This document shows, piece after piece, positions 38,463 to 51,299 of a stretch of DNA of 64,000 nucleotides (position 1 is the stretch's first letter; every line of letters begins with the position of its first letter). The notes beneath the pieces are model-generated. The model saw nothing but the letters and a program-made list of their open reading frames with translations. It had not been told where the DNA came from and did not search any database. Source of the DNA: Anthoceros angustus. Lineage: Eukaryota > Plantae > Anthocerotophyta. The DNA lies in contig VJWM01000280.1 of assembly GCA_010909165.1 (NCBI GenBank), positions 78,024 to 142,023 of the forward strand, given 5' to 3'. The translations under genes were made by a program, and so were the position numbers.

Positions 38463-41330
38463 TGAGAAACCGTTTTAATTTTTGAAAGTGTTTAGAAAGG
38501 GCCTATGTAAATTAGCCTACTTGTACCAAATATCAAAGGCTATCGCAAGCTATGTTGGAGCTTGAAATGACAACTTGCATGCAGAGAAGGAAAATCAAGT
38601 CAACCAAGAACAACCTTTAGACTAAACCACATCCTTGTAGAGGCGGTGAAAACCAAGCGTGGGATGAAAACAATCACTACTATTCAAGTTTTGAAAAGGG
38701 TGGAGACCCCATTAAAAGCGTTGAGCGTTTTTTAGAGGACTTAACTTTCTCGAAGGAGAAGCTCTTTTGCCCACCAAAATTTTCAAACCTCCTAGGAGCA
38801 AAGATTTGCATAGTACTAAATTGCAATCAAGAATGTAGGTCGCTAGAATGAAGGTGGCGAGATAGTCTAAAATCTTATGTGAAACGAGTCATGTCCATGC
38901 ACACGATGTTTGATTTAACGTAAGCAAAAATCTTGTCACTAAAGGACGTGGACGACGAAGGTCTTTTTCAATCCATGAAGTCCATCGGCGGCAAACCTTT
39001 AACTTTGCATGGTCGGGAGTGTGCATGAGTGTAAGTGTTGGGAATGCGTGTTGACGATGCGGCCGTGGAATGCGATGCGGATGTATGGATGGGCGCGGTC
39101 GGATGCATAGGATTCAAACATTGATGCTTAATGGAGGGAGTCTCGGTCACGGCAGCTATGTCGACTATGTGCGACGCGACATACTCCTCACATCATTCTT
39201 GGCACCCGGGACAAACATTTGACCCCTTGCTGCTTCAAGCATAACAAATTTGGCGTCATAATGCACACGTCTATTGATACATTGAATTTTACGTAGTGAG
39301 AAAAGTCACCGACCATGTTGCATGCTAGTATGTGAGCACGAAGCACACAGAGCTATTTGATTGAAGGCAAGTTCACGGCGCATAATCTAAGGCTCAATTC
39401 ACGAGCTCTTCCAAACAAAAATTTTACTTGTATGTCGTCATCCCTTTTTTTCCCCCTTAAATTCGCCCACTTCCTTCGAGGTTGATTAGTCCTTGGACTT
39501 TGGCCTCACAAATTTTTCCACAAAGTTCTTCTTTCTCGAGCCGGACGCCAAGAGTCCGCTAGCCTACTTGCGCCCTCGGACGGAGTCTGCCGTCCTATTG
39601 GCGCACTCCGACACCCGCAAGGCCAAGATGCACGGAGTCCGCCGGCCTACCCGCACGATCGAGCCTCCCACTCCCCAATGCGACGCTCTCGGCCCACGGT
39701 TTAGGGTTATCGGGCCTACCACTCCCGAGTGCGCCGTCCTTTCGGCCCTCCCGTGAGACTTCTCACCGGTGAGTGCACGATGTCGTGCAATCCCGACCAG
39801 AATCGTGAAGCTTGAGAAACCGTTTTAATTTTTGAAAGTGTTTAGAAAGGGCCTATGTAAATTAGCCTACTTGTACCAAATATCAAAGGCTATCGCAAGC
39901 TATGTTGGAGCTTGAAATGACAACTTGCATGCAGAGAAGGAAAATCAAGTCAACCAAGAACAACCTTTAGACTAAACCACATCCTTGTAGAGGCGGTGAA
40001 AACCAAGCGTGGGATGAAAACAATCACTACTATTCAAGTTTTGAAAAGGGTGGAGACCCCATTAAAAGCGTTGAGCGTTTTTTAGAGGACTTAACTTTCT
40101 CAAGGAGAAGCTCTTTTGCCCACCAAAATTTTCAAACCTCCTAGGAGCAAAGATTTGCATAGTACTAAATTGCAATCAAGAATGTAGGTCGCTAGAATGA
40201 AGGTGGCGAGATAGTCTAAAATCTTATGTGAAACGAGTCATGTCCATGCACACGATGTTTGATTTAACGTAAGCAAAAATCTTGTCACTAAAGGACGTGG
40301 ACGACGAAGGTCTTTTCCAATCCATGAAGTCCATCGGCAAACCTTTAACTTTGCATGGTCGGGAGTGTGCATGAGTGTAAGTGTTGGGAATGCGTGTTGA
40401 CGATGCCGACTGGAATGCGATGCGGATGTATGGATGGGCGCGGTCGGATGCATAGGATTCAAACATTGGCTTAATGGAGGAGTCTCGGTCACGGCAGCTA
40501 TGTCGACTATGTGCGACGCGACATACTCCTCACATCATTCTTGGCACCGGGACAAACATTTGACCCCTTGCTTCAGAAGCATAACAAATTTGGCCATAAT
40601 GCACATCTATTGATACATTGAATTTTACGTAGTGAGAAAAGTCACCGACCATGTTGCATGCTAGTATGTGAGCACGAAGCACACAGCTGAGCTATTTGAT
40701 TGAAGGCAAGTTCACAACAGATAATCTAAGGCTCAATTCGAGCTCTTCCAAACAAAAATTCCCACTTTGCAAAAACCATGCCGGTACTATAACGGATGCA
40801 TGCGGACGCCAAGAGTCCGCTAGCCTACTTGTACCAAATATCAAAGGCTATCGCATCAAGCTATGTTGGAGCTTGAAATGACAACTTGCATGCGACGCGA
40901 CATACTCCTCACATCATTCTTGGCACCCGGGACAAACATTTGACCTTGAACCTTGACACCTTACGAGGGCTTGTCCAATGTTTATGAATATATGTAAGTG
41001 TTGGGAATGCGTGTTGACGTCTTCGTGGAATGCGATGCGGATGTATGGATGGGCGCGGTCGGATGCATAGGATTCAAACATTGGCTTAATGGAGGAGTCT
41101 CGGTCACGGCAGCTATGTCGACTATGTGCGACGCGACATACTCCTCACATCATTCTTGGCACCGGGACAAACATTTGACCCCTTGCAGCATAACAAATTG
41201 TCATAATGCACACGTCTATTGATACATTGAATTTTACGTAGTGAGAAAAGTCACATGCATGCTAGTATGTGAGCACAAGCACACAAGCTGAGCTATTTGA
41301 TTGAAGGCAAGTTCACACATAATCTAAGGC

Positions 41331-42227
41331 TCAATTCACGAGCTCTTCCAAACAAAAATTCCCACTTTGCAAAAACCATGCCGGTACTATAACGGATGCA
41401 TGCGACAATCTGGTAAGTGCTCTTGAGCGTACTCACCGCCACATTACATGCGTCGGCAATGCTCTTGAGCGCACTTCCCTCGAGATCTTACCATGTATAT
41501 AACTCCGCCCTGACCGGCTGTGAGCTTGGATATCGAATTTTTGTTTTCCGAGGGCACTCACAACGAAGACAGCTCTGACTTTCCTTGCGCATTTCGAGCT
41601 GGAACAAAATAGTCGCAAAATCCTTGGGCGGATAGCTTTGACGCGACGGCGGATTTCCTCGGTCTGTGACTGTCATGCACGGCCCTCATTTCTAGGAGGT
41701 CCACCAACTTCCGTCAAGGCTATAGCTGCAGTACCCAAAGCCTCGTAGATTTCTTGCATTGACCGAGGAGTCCTTTCTTCTTTACAAGCCACGTACATAG
41801 CAACACATACGTCTCTTCACAACTCCCTTTTCTCAAGACCCTCGCCTTCTTGTACAAGGAACTTGCCAATACCGCGTGTTGTGCACAATTCTCATTCTTT
41901 CTGCGAGCTCGAAATCCTATCAAAGGCGGATATCATTGCCGTCATGAGTGGGAACCCGTGCATTCGTGTTCCATGGTGTGGATGCAACCCATTTTCCTTT
42001 GCGCGCCAGTGCGGATGCAAGTGGTTAGGCCAGCATGGTCGAGCAAGTCATCCGTGTAATGGGACGTCCCACACGCTCCTTCTCCTCGTGCTGGTGTCAT
42101 TATCGAACTTCCTATATTCCAAGGTTTTCGATCGACGTTCTTCTAACACTAGACCGCACTGCAAATGCTGTCTCGGCTGTCCTCATAAATCTGTCTTTAT
42201 CTTGCACTCTAGACATTTCAGCTCCAT
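41331..42227 (-). CDS. TFIIB: TFIIB-like copy (frameshifted)
   Basis: Stop to ATG present, with many indels. Confidence 0.75.
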
Positions 42228-42529
42228 ATTCTCGGTCTGAGATAATTAAAAAGTGGAATGTGTAGCCTTCAAATCGTTAACCCACGAGGGCTTTGGACAA
42301 TGAGTGACTAAGCACAATGATTGTTTTTCAAACAAGAAAGGATTCCAGTGACCTTGAACCTTGACACCTTACGAGGGCTTGTCCAATGTTTATGAATATA
42401 TGTAAGTCGCATCCCTCATTTATATACCCAAGTTTTCCTTGGCCCTTGGGAATCTTACGTGGAATTTTGCATCCGAAACCCCTAATTACCATGGGCCAAG
42501 GAACAATCATCCTTGGATTTCGTCATCCT

Positions 42530-42635
42530 TCCTTATTTGCCTCCGCCTCTACCATCTTAGTGCGATGTCGGTGGCCACCAATATGTGCTTAGGAGTCCAC
42601 AGGTGGAGGTGGGCGAATCGGCCCAACCAATCAAT
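42530..42635 (-). mobile_element. Small integrase-core fragment
   Basis: The minus strand reads ..HILVATD..TKMVEAEAIR, typical of a retroelement rve core. Confidence 0.5.
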
Positions 42636-43226
42636 TCCCACTTTGCAAAAACCATGCCGGTACTATAACGGATGCATGCGGACGCAAAATCTTATGTGAA
42701 ACGAGTCATGTCCATGCACACGATGTTTGATTAATGGAGGGAGTCTGCCGTCCTATTGGCGCACTCCCAATGCGACGCGACATACTCCTCACATCATTCT
42801 TGGCACCCGGGACAAACATTTGACCTTGAACCTTGACACCTTACGAGGGCTTGTCCAATGTTTATGAATATATGTAAGTGTTGGGAATGCGTGTTGATCG
42901 CGACCGTGGAATGCGATGCGGATGTATGGATGGGCGCGGTCGGATGCATAGGATTCAAACATTGATGCTTAATGGAGGGAGTCTCGTCAAGTAGTTTATG
43001 TCGACTATGTGCGACATACTCCTCACATCATTCTTGGCACCCGGGACAAACATTTGACCCCTTGCTTCAAAGCATAACAAATTTGGCGTCATAATGCACA
43101 TGCCTATTGATACATTGAATTTTACGTAGTGAGAAAAGTCACCGACCATGTTGCATGCTAGTATGTGAGCTCAAGCACATAAATTGAGCTATTTGATTGA
43201 AGGCAAGTTCACAGATAATCTAAGGC

Positions 43227-44123
43227 TCAATTCACGAGCTCTTCCAAACAAAAATTCCCACTTTGCAAAAACCATGCCGGTACTATAACGGATGCATGCG
43301 GAAAAATCGGTAAGTGCTCTTGGCGTACTCACCGCCACATTACATGCGCAATGCTCTTGAGCGAGTTTGCACGGTTCCCTCGAGATCTTCTGCACCATGT
43401 ATATAACTCCGCGGTGACCGATCGTGGGAGAGCTTGGATATCGAATTTTTGTTTTCCGAGGGCACTCCTTGAAAGCCTCGTGACTTTCCTTGCGCATTTC
43501 GAGCTGGAACAAAATCGCAAAATCCTTGGGCGGATAGCTTTGACGCGACGGCGGATTTCGTCATCCCTCATTTCTAGGAGGTCCACCAACTTCCCAACAA
43601 CCCCCTGGTCAAGGCTATAGCTGCAGTACCCAAAGCCTCGTAGATTTCTTGCATTGACCGAGGAGTCCTTTCTTCTTTACAAGCCACGTACATAGCAGGC
43701 ACATACGTCTCTTCACAACTCCCTTTTCTCAAGACCCTCGCCTTCTTGTACAAGGAACTTGCCAATACCGTGTTGTGCACAATTCTCATTCTTTCTGCGA
43801 GCTCGAAATCCTATCAAAGGCGTATATCGTCCGTCATGAGTGGGAACCCGTGCATTCGTGTTCCGCGGTGTGGATGCAACCCATTTTCCTTTGCGTGCGG
43901 ATGCAAGTGGTTAGGCCAGCATGGTCGAGCAAGTCATCCGGTCGTGGACGTCCCACACGCTCCTTCTCCTCGTGCTCGGTGTCATTATCGAACTTCCTAT
44001 ATTCCAAGGTTTTCGCCGACACGACGTTCTTCTAACACTAGACCGCACTCTGCAAATGCCGCCTGCACTGCTGTCCTCATAAATCTCTGTCTTTATCTTG
44101 CACTCTAGACATTTCAGCTCCAT
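43227..44123 (-). CDS. TFIIB: TFIIB-like copy (frameshifted)
   Basis: MELKCLECKIKTEIYEDSSAG (ORF 43911-44123) through ...ELVN-stop. Confidence 0.8.
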
Positions 44124-45459
44124 ATTCTCGGCTGTCCTGAGATAATTAAAAAAGTGGAATGTGTAGCCTTGAAATCGTTAACCCACTAGGGCTTTGGACA
44201 ATGAGTGACTAAGCACAATGATTGTTTTTCAAACAGTAAAGGATTCCACAGTGACCTTGAACCTTGACACCTTACGAGGGCTTGTCCAATGTTTATGAAT
44301 ATATGTAAGTCGCATCCCTCATTTATATACCCAAGTTTTCCTTGGCCCTTGGGAATCTTACGTGGAATTTTGCATCCGAAACCCCTAATTACCATGGGCC
44401 AAGGAACAATCATCCTTGGATTTCGTCATCCCTTTTTTCCCCTTAAATTCGCCCCACTTCCTTGAGGTTGATTAGTCCTTGGACTTTGGCCTCACAAATT
44501 TTTCCACAAAGTTCTTCTTTCTCGAGCCGGACGCCAAGAGTCCGCTAGCCTACTGCGCTCGGACGCCGGAGTCTGCCGTCCTATTCCACCGGACACCAAG
44601 GCCAAGATGCACGGAGTCCGTCGGCCTACCCGCACGATCGAGCCTCCCACTCCCCAATGCGACGCTCTCGGCCCACGGTTTAGGGTTATCGGGCCTACCA
44701 CTCCCGAGTGCCGTCCTTTCGGCCCTCCCGTGAGACTTCTCACCGGTGAGTGCATCGATGGCATGCGTGCAATCCCGACCAGAATCGTGAAGCTTGAGAA
44801 ACCGTTTTAATTTTTGAAAGTGTTTCGTAGAAAGGGCCTATGTAAATTAGCCTACTTGTCCAATGTTTATGAATATATGTAAGTCGCATCCCTCATTTAT
44901 ATACCCAAGTTTTCCTTGGCCCTTGGGAATCTTACGTGGAATTTTGCATCCGAAACCCCTAATTACCATGGGCCAAGGAACAATCATCCTTGGATTTCGT
45001 CATCCCTCATTTATATACCCAAGTTTTCCTTGGCCCTTGGGAATCTTACGTGGAATTTTGCATCCGAAACCCCTAATTACCATGGGCCAAGGAACAATCA
45101 TCCTTGGATTTCGTCATCCCTTTTTTCCCCTTAAATTCGCCCCACTTCCTTGAGGTTGATTCCGTCCTTGGACTTTGGCCTCACAAATTTTTCCACAAAG
45201 TTCTTCTTTCTCGAGCTCTTCCAAACAAAAATTCCCACTTTGCAAAAACCATGCGGTGAAGCTTGAGGTGAGCTTAAAAAATTTCGGTGAGGTTTCGTGT
45301 ATCTTGACCTTGAACCTTGACACCTTACGAGGGCTTGTCCAATGTTTATGAATATATGTAAGTGTTGGGAATGCGTGTTGTGCACAATTCTCATTCTTTC
45401 TGCGAGCTCGAAATCCTATCAAAGGCTATCGCATCAAGCTATGTTGGAGCTTGAAATGA

Positions 45460-45700
45460 CCACGCCATCGATCCACTATGACACCGACACTCCGTGGACT
45501 TGACCTCCACGATCCTCGCGCGTATACTGCTGGCTGGAGTGCCGAGAGTGTCATTTGTTTGGCGTTGAAGATGGCAGGAATCCCAGGCGCAGGTTGCTGA
45601 AGCAGGCAAGCCATTGCGATGGCCTGCGATCTGTCGCAATGTGTATGAGGGCCCGTGGCCGTCGGCGGCTGACGGGCTGTCTGCTCGTCAACCCGTCGGC
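45460..45700 (-). mobile_element. Diverged fragment of the post-integrase region of the DNMT-Gypsy family
   Basis: Shares GGACTTGACCTCC and AGAGTGTCA..TTGTTTGGCGTTGAAGAT with 51370-51460. Confidence 0.5.
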
Positions 45701-46019
45701 GGCCTACCCGCACGATCGAGCCTCCCACTCCCCAATGCGACGCGACATACTCCTCACATCATTCTTGGCACCCGGGACAAACATTTGACCTTGAACCTTG
45801 ACACCTTACGAGGGCTTTGGACAATGAGTGACTAAGCACAATGATTGTTTTTCAAACCTCCTAGGAGCAAAGATTTGCATAGTACTAAATTGCAATCAAG
45901 AATGTAGGTCGCTAGAATGAAGGTGGCGATAGTCTAAAATCTTATGTGAAACGAGTCATGTCCATGCACGGCCCTCATTTCTAGGAGGTCCACCAACTTC
46001 CCAACAACCCCTGGTCAAT

Positions 46020-49000
46020 TAGTGCCATCAGCGGTCTTGGAATTCCCTAGGAATTACAGACCTTGGTCGGTGAGACACTCGCGCAGCGCCAGCGGCTCGG
46101 CGTTACGCAGAAAACTGTGATGTGCTCTGGATGACATGGAACAGCGCAGCGGCCTCCACCACTTGCTAAAGTGCTCTATCATCACCAAGATGTACCGTTA
46201 CCTTGGTGTCTTAGGCGGCTCTCCTATGAGGTCGCGGGACCACGAAGAAGAGCCCCATGATGGGGAGTGGAGTGCGGCTACAGGTGCTGCATAGTGAAGG
46301 ATGTTTTGTGGCGGTCACATGGCTCCTGACAAGCGACACATTCCGGACTTGTGCATGCATGCCAAACCCGGATTGATGAGGGGGCGATAATTGTAGGTCC
46401 TCTTGACTCCAAAATGCCCCATGTCATCATGTACTCTTGAATGAGATATTACACGATCTCCGGGAGGTGGAACCGTTCCACACCATGGGCCTCTCGGATG
46501 AGGTACCCATCTCTCCAGTAGTAGGCAGCAGCACGTTCATGCCACGCTCACGAGCTTTGCTCCAATCTTCACCTAGGCGGCGGTTGCACAAAGCGTTATG
46601 CGTCCTCCCATATGTCCTTGGGGACATGTTGAGCTGCTGCAACCTCAAGCTGTCCAAGGCATGTCATGGCCACCAAGGCAGCTCTGACCGTCTGCACATC
46701 CTCGTGGCTGATCATCCTCATCCTCATCCTCATCCTCAATGTGTGTGGTGGCGTGGCGCACCTCGGTGCAAATATCTGAATCAAAGGGCTGCCTACGGGC
46801 TGCACAGGTTGGTAATCCATGACCTGCCGCGGCACCCACACACATTACGTCGTTACGGGCCACATGCACACCAAAACCTTGCATTCATAATCCAGCAACA
46901 CCGCGGTTTTGCGTGAGTCTCAGCAACATTCCTTTCCACGGACTTCGACAACTGGTTGTTGCAGCTGCCATCGCCGATCTTGAGGTCTTGGCCGCCATCA
47001 TGAGCAAGCACCTCCTCTCGGTGTGATGAGGCCACCACCTCGCATGATCCTTGGCCGTTGCAGCAGCGGGCTTCATGATGTAGCCCACGAGCCACCTGCC
47101 GGGTTTGCAGCCCTGGTTCTAGAAATGACCTAAATGGCCTAATAACCTATCCTGATAATGTCAGTTAAATAGCTTCATATGGGGTAAGCTAATTAATAGC
47201 TATTTCCTAATGGCCAAAATCACATATATAGCCAGCCTACCTCTAGGCTACTATATATATTCTTGTAAAACAAGTCTGGTGCCACGGTACCGCCGTGCAT
47301 CACCGGCTGTTGGGCACATAAGACGTGCATCCCGCCTCAGTCCGGCCCGACCTTCAGCTGCAACAAGAAAACAGGGCAAAAGGAAATTTTCACGCCACAC
47401 CACCGATGGATCGGCTAGAAGAAAGGCAGCATGGCGAAGAAGGAGAATGGAATTATCCAGCACCTGGAAGGAAAGAATAAGGAAACCCCAAACAGATCGA
47501 TCACAGCCATGCTCAAGCACGATTGCAACGCTATGGGGCCATAGCACGTCACACGTAGAATGGCAGATGCCACATGAACCCAATTGTGACTAGCAGCCAT
47601 GAAACCTTGCAATGCAATCACATCCATCTTCACAATCGAAACGAATTGAAACACACACCGAGTAGCGACACTTTGAACAATACCAAAGTTGCCGAACCCC
47701 GCACCAAAGGTGGCTGCAAGCGAAAAAGGTGGAACCCCATTGCATCCATCACAGCGGCATGAGCTGCGTCATCCGGGCGCAGATCGCATGGGTAATCAAG
47801 GATCCAATCCGTTACAATGGTGGGGTCAAGGTTAGGAGATACGGGCACAATTTTGGTGTGATCGAAATGACCGCCATCGGATCCTGCAAGACCAACACTC
47901 CATTGGACTTGACCTCCCGATCCTAAGCACATGTCTGCCGAAGTCTCAAGAGTGTCACTGTTGAAGAAAGATACAGAAATCCCCAGCCTGGAATTTCTTA
48001 AGCTTGGGCTGAAGCTCCCTGCGAGTGTGCATTTTAGTGTGTCCGGTGCCGAAGAATGTGCAAATTTTTCCATAGCCATCGGCATCACTAGACGAGAAAG
48101 GCAGCCACATCACCTATCATCCTAGCCCGTGGCTGGATCATCCAATGAGGACCACGGACTGCATCTGTTTAGCGATGGAGCTAGGTGAACGCTCCACCAA
48201 GAAGGAAATAGGGTGAGAAATGAGCTAGGAAGCGCGGCTCATTCTGCACCCCATCAATATATAAGGCAGCATGATGTCCCAATCCCCTTCGGCTGCTGCA
48301 GACAGAGCTTATGGAGGCCCTTTTGATGGTTTGAACCATCCTCTCAGCCAACCCGTCGGCCTGAGGGTGGTCCCTGCTGGTCCTCCTGTGGTCAATTAGT
48401 GCCACATCCAACAGGTCTTGGAATTCCCTCGAATTCTGAACCTTGGTCGGTGAGACACTCCAAGAATCGCCAAAAAGCGGCTCAGCACGTTCTGCAAGAA
48501 AGCCTGTGATGTGCTCCTGGATGACTTGTCGTGCAACGCCACGGCCTCCACCCACTTGCTAAAGTGCTCTATCATCACCAAGATGTACACGTTACCTTGG
48601 TGTCTTGGGCAGCTCTCCTATGAGGTCGCAGGACCACCTGAAGAAGAGCCCCATGATGGGGAGTGGGTGCAGCTCTGGGTGCTGCATAGTGAAGGATGTT
48701 TTGACGTCACATGGCTCACAGCAAGCGACACATTCCCGGACTTGTGCATGCATGCCAAACCAGTGGAAGTGAGGGGCCAGCAAGCTGTAGGTCCTCTTGA
48801 CTCCAAAATGCCCGATGTCATCATGTACTCTTCGAATGAGATCAGCACGATCTCCGGGAGGTGGAACCAGCCGTTCCACACCATGGGCCTGCCTCCGGAT
48901 GAGGTACCCATCTCTCCAGTAGTAGGCAGCAGCACGTTGCTGTACACGCTCACATTCTGCTGCTGTCCAATCTTCACCTAGCTGGCCAGTTTGCACAAAC

Positions 49001-50182
49001 TGAATTGTATGCACGTCCTCCCATATGTCCTTGGGGACATGTTGAGCTGCTGCAACCTCAAGCTGTCAAGGCGTATATCAGTCGGTCATGAGTGGGAACC
49101 CGTGCATTCGTGTTCCGCAGGTGGATGCAACCCATTTTTCCTTTGCGAAGTGCGGATGCAAGTGGTTAGGCCAGCATGGTCGAGCAAGTCATCCGCGTGT
49201 ATGGGGCGTCCCACACGCTCCTTCTCCTCGTGCTCGGTGTCATTATCGAACTTCCTATATTCCAAGGTTTCGTCGATCCGTTCTTCTAACACTAGACCGC
49301 ACCTTGCAAAATCGCTCCGGACTGCTGTCCTCATAAATCTCATCTTTATCTTGCACTCTAGACATTTCATCCATATTCTCTGTCCCGAGATAATTAAAAA
49401 GTGGAATGTGTAGCCTTCAAATCGTTAACCCACGAGGGCTTTGGACAATGAGTGACTAACAATGATTGTTTTCAAACAAGAAAGGATTCCACAGTGACCT
49501 TGAACCTTGACACCTTACGAGGGCTTGTCCAATGTTTATGAATATATGTAAGTCGCATCCCTCATTTATATACCCAAGTTTTCCTTGGCCCTTGGGAATC
49601 TTACGTGGAATTTTGCATCCAAACCCCTAATTACCATGGGCCAAGGAACAATCATCCTTGGATTTCGTCATCCCCTTTTTCCCCCCTTAAATTCCCACTT
49701 CCTTCGAGGTTGATTCCGTCCTTGGACTTTGGCCTCACAAATTTTTCCACAAAGTTCTTCTTTCTCGAGCAGGACGCCAAGAGTCCGCTAGCCTACTTGC
49801 GCCTCGGACGCCGGAGTCTGCCGTCCTATTGGCGCACTCCGGCACCCAAGGCCAAGATGCCGAGTCCGTCGGCCTACCCGCACGATCGAGCCTCCCACTC
49901 CCCAATGCGACGTTCTCTCGGCCCGGTTTAGGGTTATCGGGCCTACCACTCCCGAGTCGCCGTCCTTCGGCCCTCCCGTGAGACTTCTCACCGGTGAGTG
50001 CACGATGGCGTTGTCGTGCAATCCCGACCATCGTGAAGCTTGAGAAACCGTTTTAATTTTTGAAAGTGTTTCGTAGAAAGGGCCTATGTAAATTAGCCTA
50101 CTTGTACCAAGAGCTACAGCAAAATCTGCCTGTCCTCGTGGCTGATCATCCTCATCCTCATCCTCATCCTCAATGTGTGTGG
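46020..50182 (-). mobile_element. Tandem deleted derivatives (linker-INT-PHD-3'UTR-LTR) of the DNMT-Gypsy; LTR copy at ~46748-47288
   Basis: Integrase HHCC/core ORFs at 48181-49014, a second PHD at ~47670-47790 and a third degraded INT at 46020-46700. The same LTR-(GAGGAT)n-linker junction occurs at 46740 and 50170. Confidence 0.8.
49068..50110 (-). pseudogene. TFIIB-array piece (5' CDS + promoter + spacer) embedded in the retroelement linker
   Basis: ORF 49086-49370; ATG at 49374. Confidence 0.7.
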
Positions 50183-50732
50183 GTGCTGTGGCGCACCTCG
50201 GTGCAAAATCGAGATCAAAGGGCTGCCCTACACGGGCTGCCTGGAGTTGGTAAATCCGTGACCTGCCGCAGCACCCACACACACAATCGTTCTGAGCCAC
50301 ATGCACACCAAAACCTTGCATTCCAATCAGAAATCCAGCAACACCGCGGTTTTGCGTGAGTCTCAACAACATTCCCTTTCCACGGACTTGACAACTGGTT
50401 GTTGCAGCTGCCATCGCCAGTCTTGAGGTCTTGGCCGCCATCATGAGCAAGCACCTCCCTCTCGGTGTGATGAGGCCACCACCTCGCGTGATCCTTTGGC
50501 GTTGCAGCAGCGGGCTTCATGATGTAGCCCACGAGCCACCTGCCGGGTTTGCAGCCCTGGTTCTAGAAATGACCTAAATGGCCTAATAACCTATCCTGAT
50601 AATGTCAGTTAAATAGCTTCATATGGGGTAAGCTAATTAATAGCTATTTCCTAATGGCCAAAATCACATATATAGCCAGCCTACCTCTAGGCTACTATAT
50701 ATATTCTTGTAAACAAGTCTGGTGCCACGACA
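50183..50732 (-). repeat. 3' LTR of the DNMT-Gypsy (shared portion ~550 bp)
   Basis: Matches 60398-60944 and 46748-47288. Confidence 0.8.
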
Positions 50733-51119
50733 GCTGTCGTGCATCACCGGCTGTTGGGCACACAAGGTACGTGCATCCCGCGCTCCAGTCCGGCCCGACC
50801 TTCAGCTGCAACAAGAAAACAGGGCAAAAGGAAATTCTGTCCAGCTGATGGACGGGCTAGAAGAAAGGCAGCATGGCGAAGAAGGAGAACTGGAATTATC
50901 CAGCACCTGGAAGGAAAGAATAAGGAAACCCCAAACAGCATCAGCATCACAGCCATGCTCAAGCACGATTGCAACGCTATGGGGCCATAGCACCTGTCAC
51001 ACGTAGAATGGCAGATGCCACATGAACCCAATTGTGACTAGCAGCCATGAAACCTTGCAATGCAATCACATCCATCTTCACAACTGAAAACGAATTGAAA
51101 CAGTCACACCTGAGTAGCA

Positions 51120-51270
51120 GTTTCAGCACACTTTGAACAATACCAAAGTTGCTCAGGAACCTCAGCCAAAGGTGGCTGCAAGCAGAAAAGGTGGAACCCC
51201 CATTGCATCCATCACAAAGCAGCATGAGCTCTCGTCATCCGTGGGTAATCGCTGGCGGGATCCAATCAGC
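51120..51270 (-). CDS. PHD finger at the C-terminus of pol
   Basis: ..MLLCDGCNG/GFHLFCLQPPLAEVPEQLWYCSKC with one frameshift. The first CxxC is degraded (DYP.. remnant in both copies). Confidence 0.85.
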
Positions 51271-51299
51271 TGTTACAATGGTGGGGTCAAGGTTAGGGA

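Larger units (their letters stand above)
1..45460 (-). repeat. Tandem array of a ~2.55 kb unit (TFIIB-like gene + promoter + spacer), regular to ~19 kb and increasingly rearranged afterwards
   Basis: The anchor GAGATAATTAAAAAGTGGAATG recurs at ~189, 2728, 5302, 8575, 10201, 14238, 16775 and 18411 (basic period 2537-2574 bp), and again at ~33.0, 33.9, 34.9, 37.1, 42.2 and 44.1 kb. All copies have the same orientation. Confidence 0.95.

Noticed and set aside
1-45460. CRISPR-like array
   Set aside because: Units are kilobase-scale with no unique spacers, there are no cas genes, and the context is eukaryotic.
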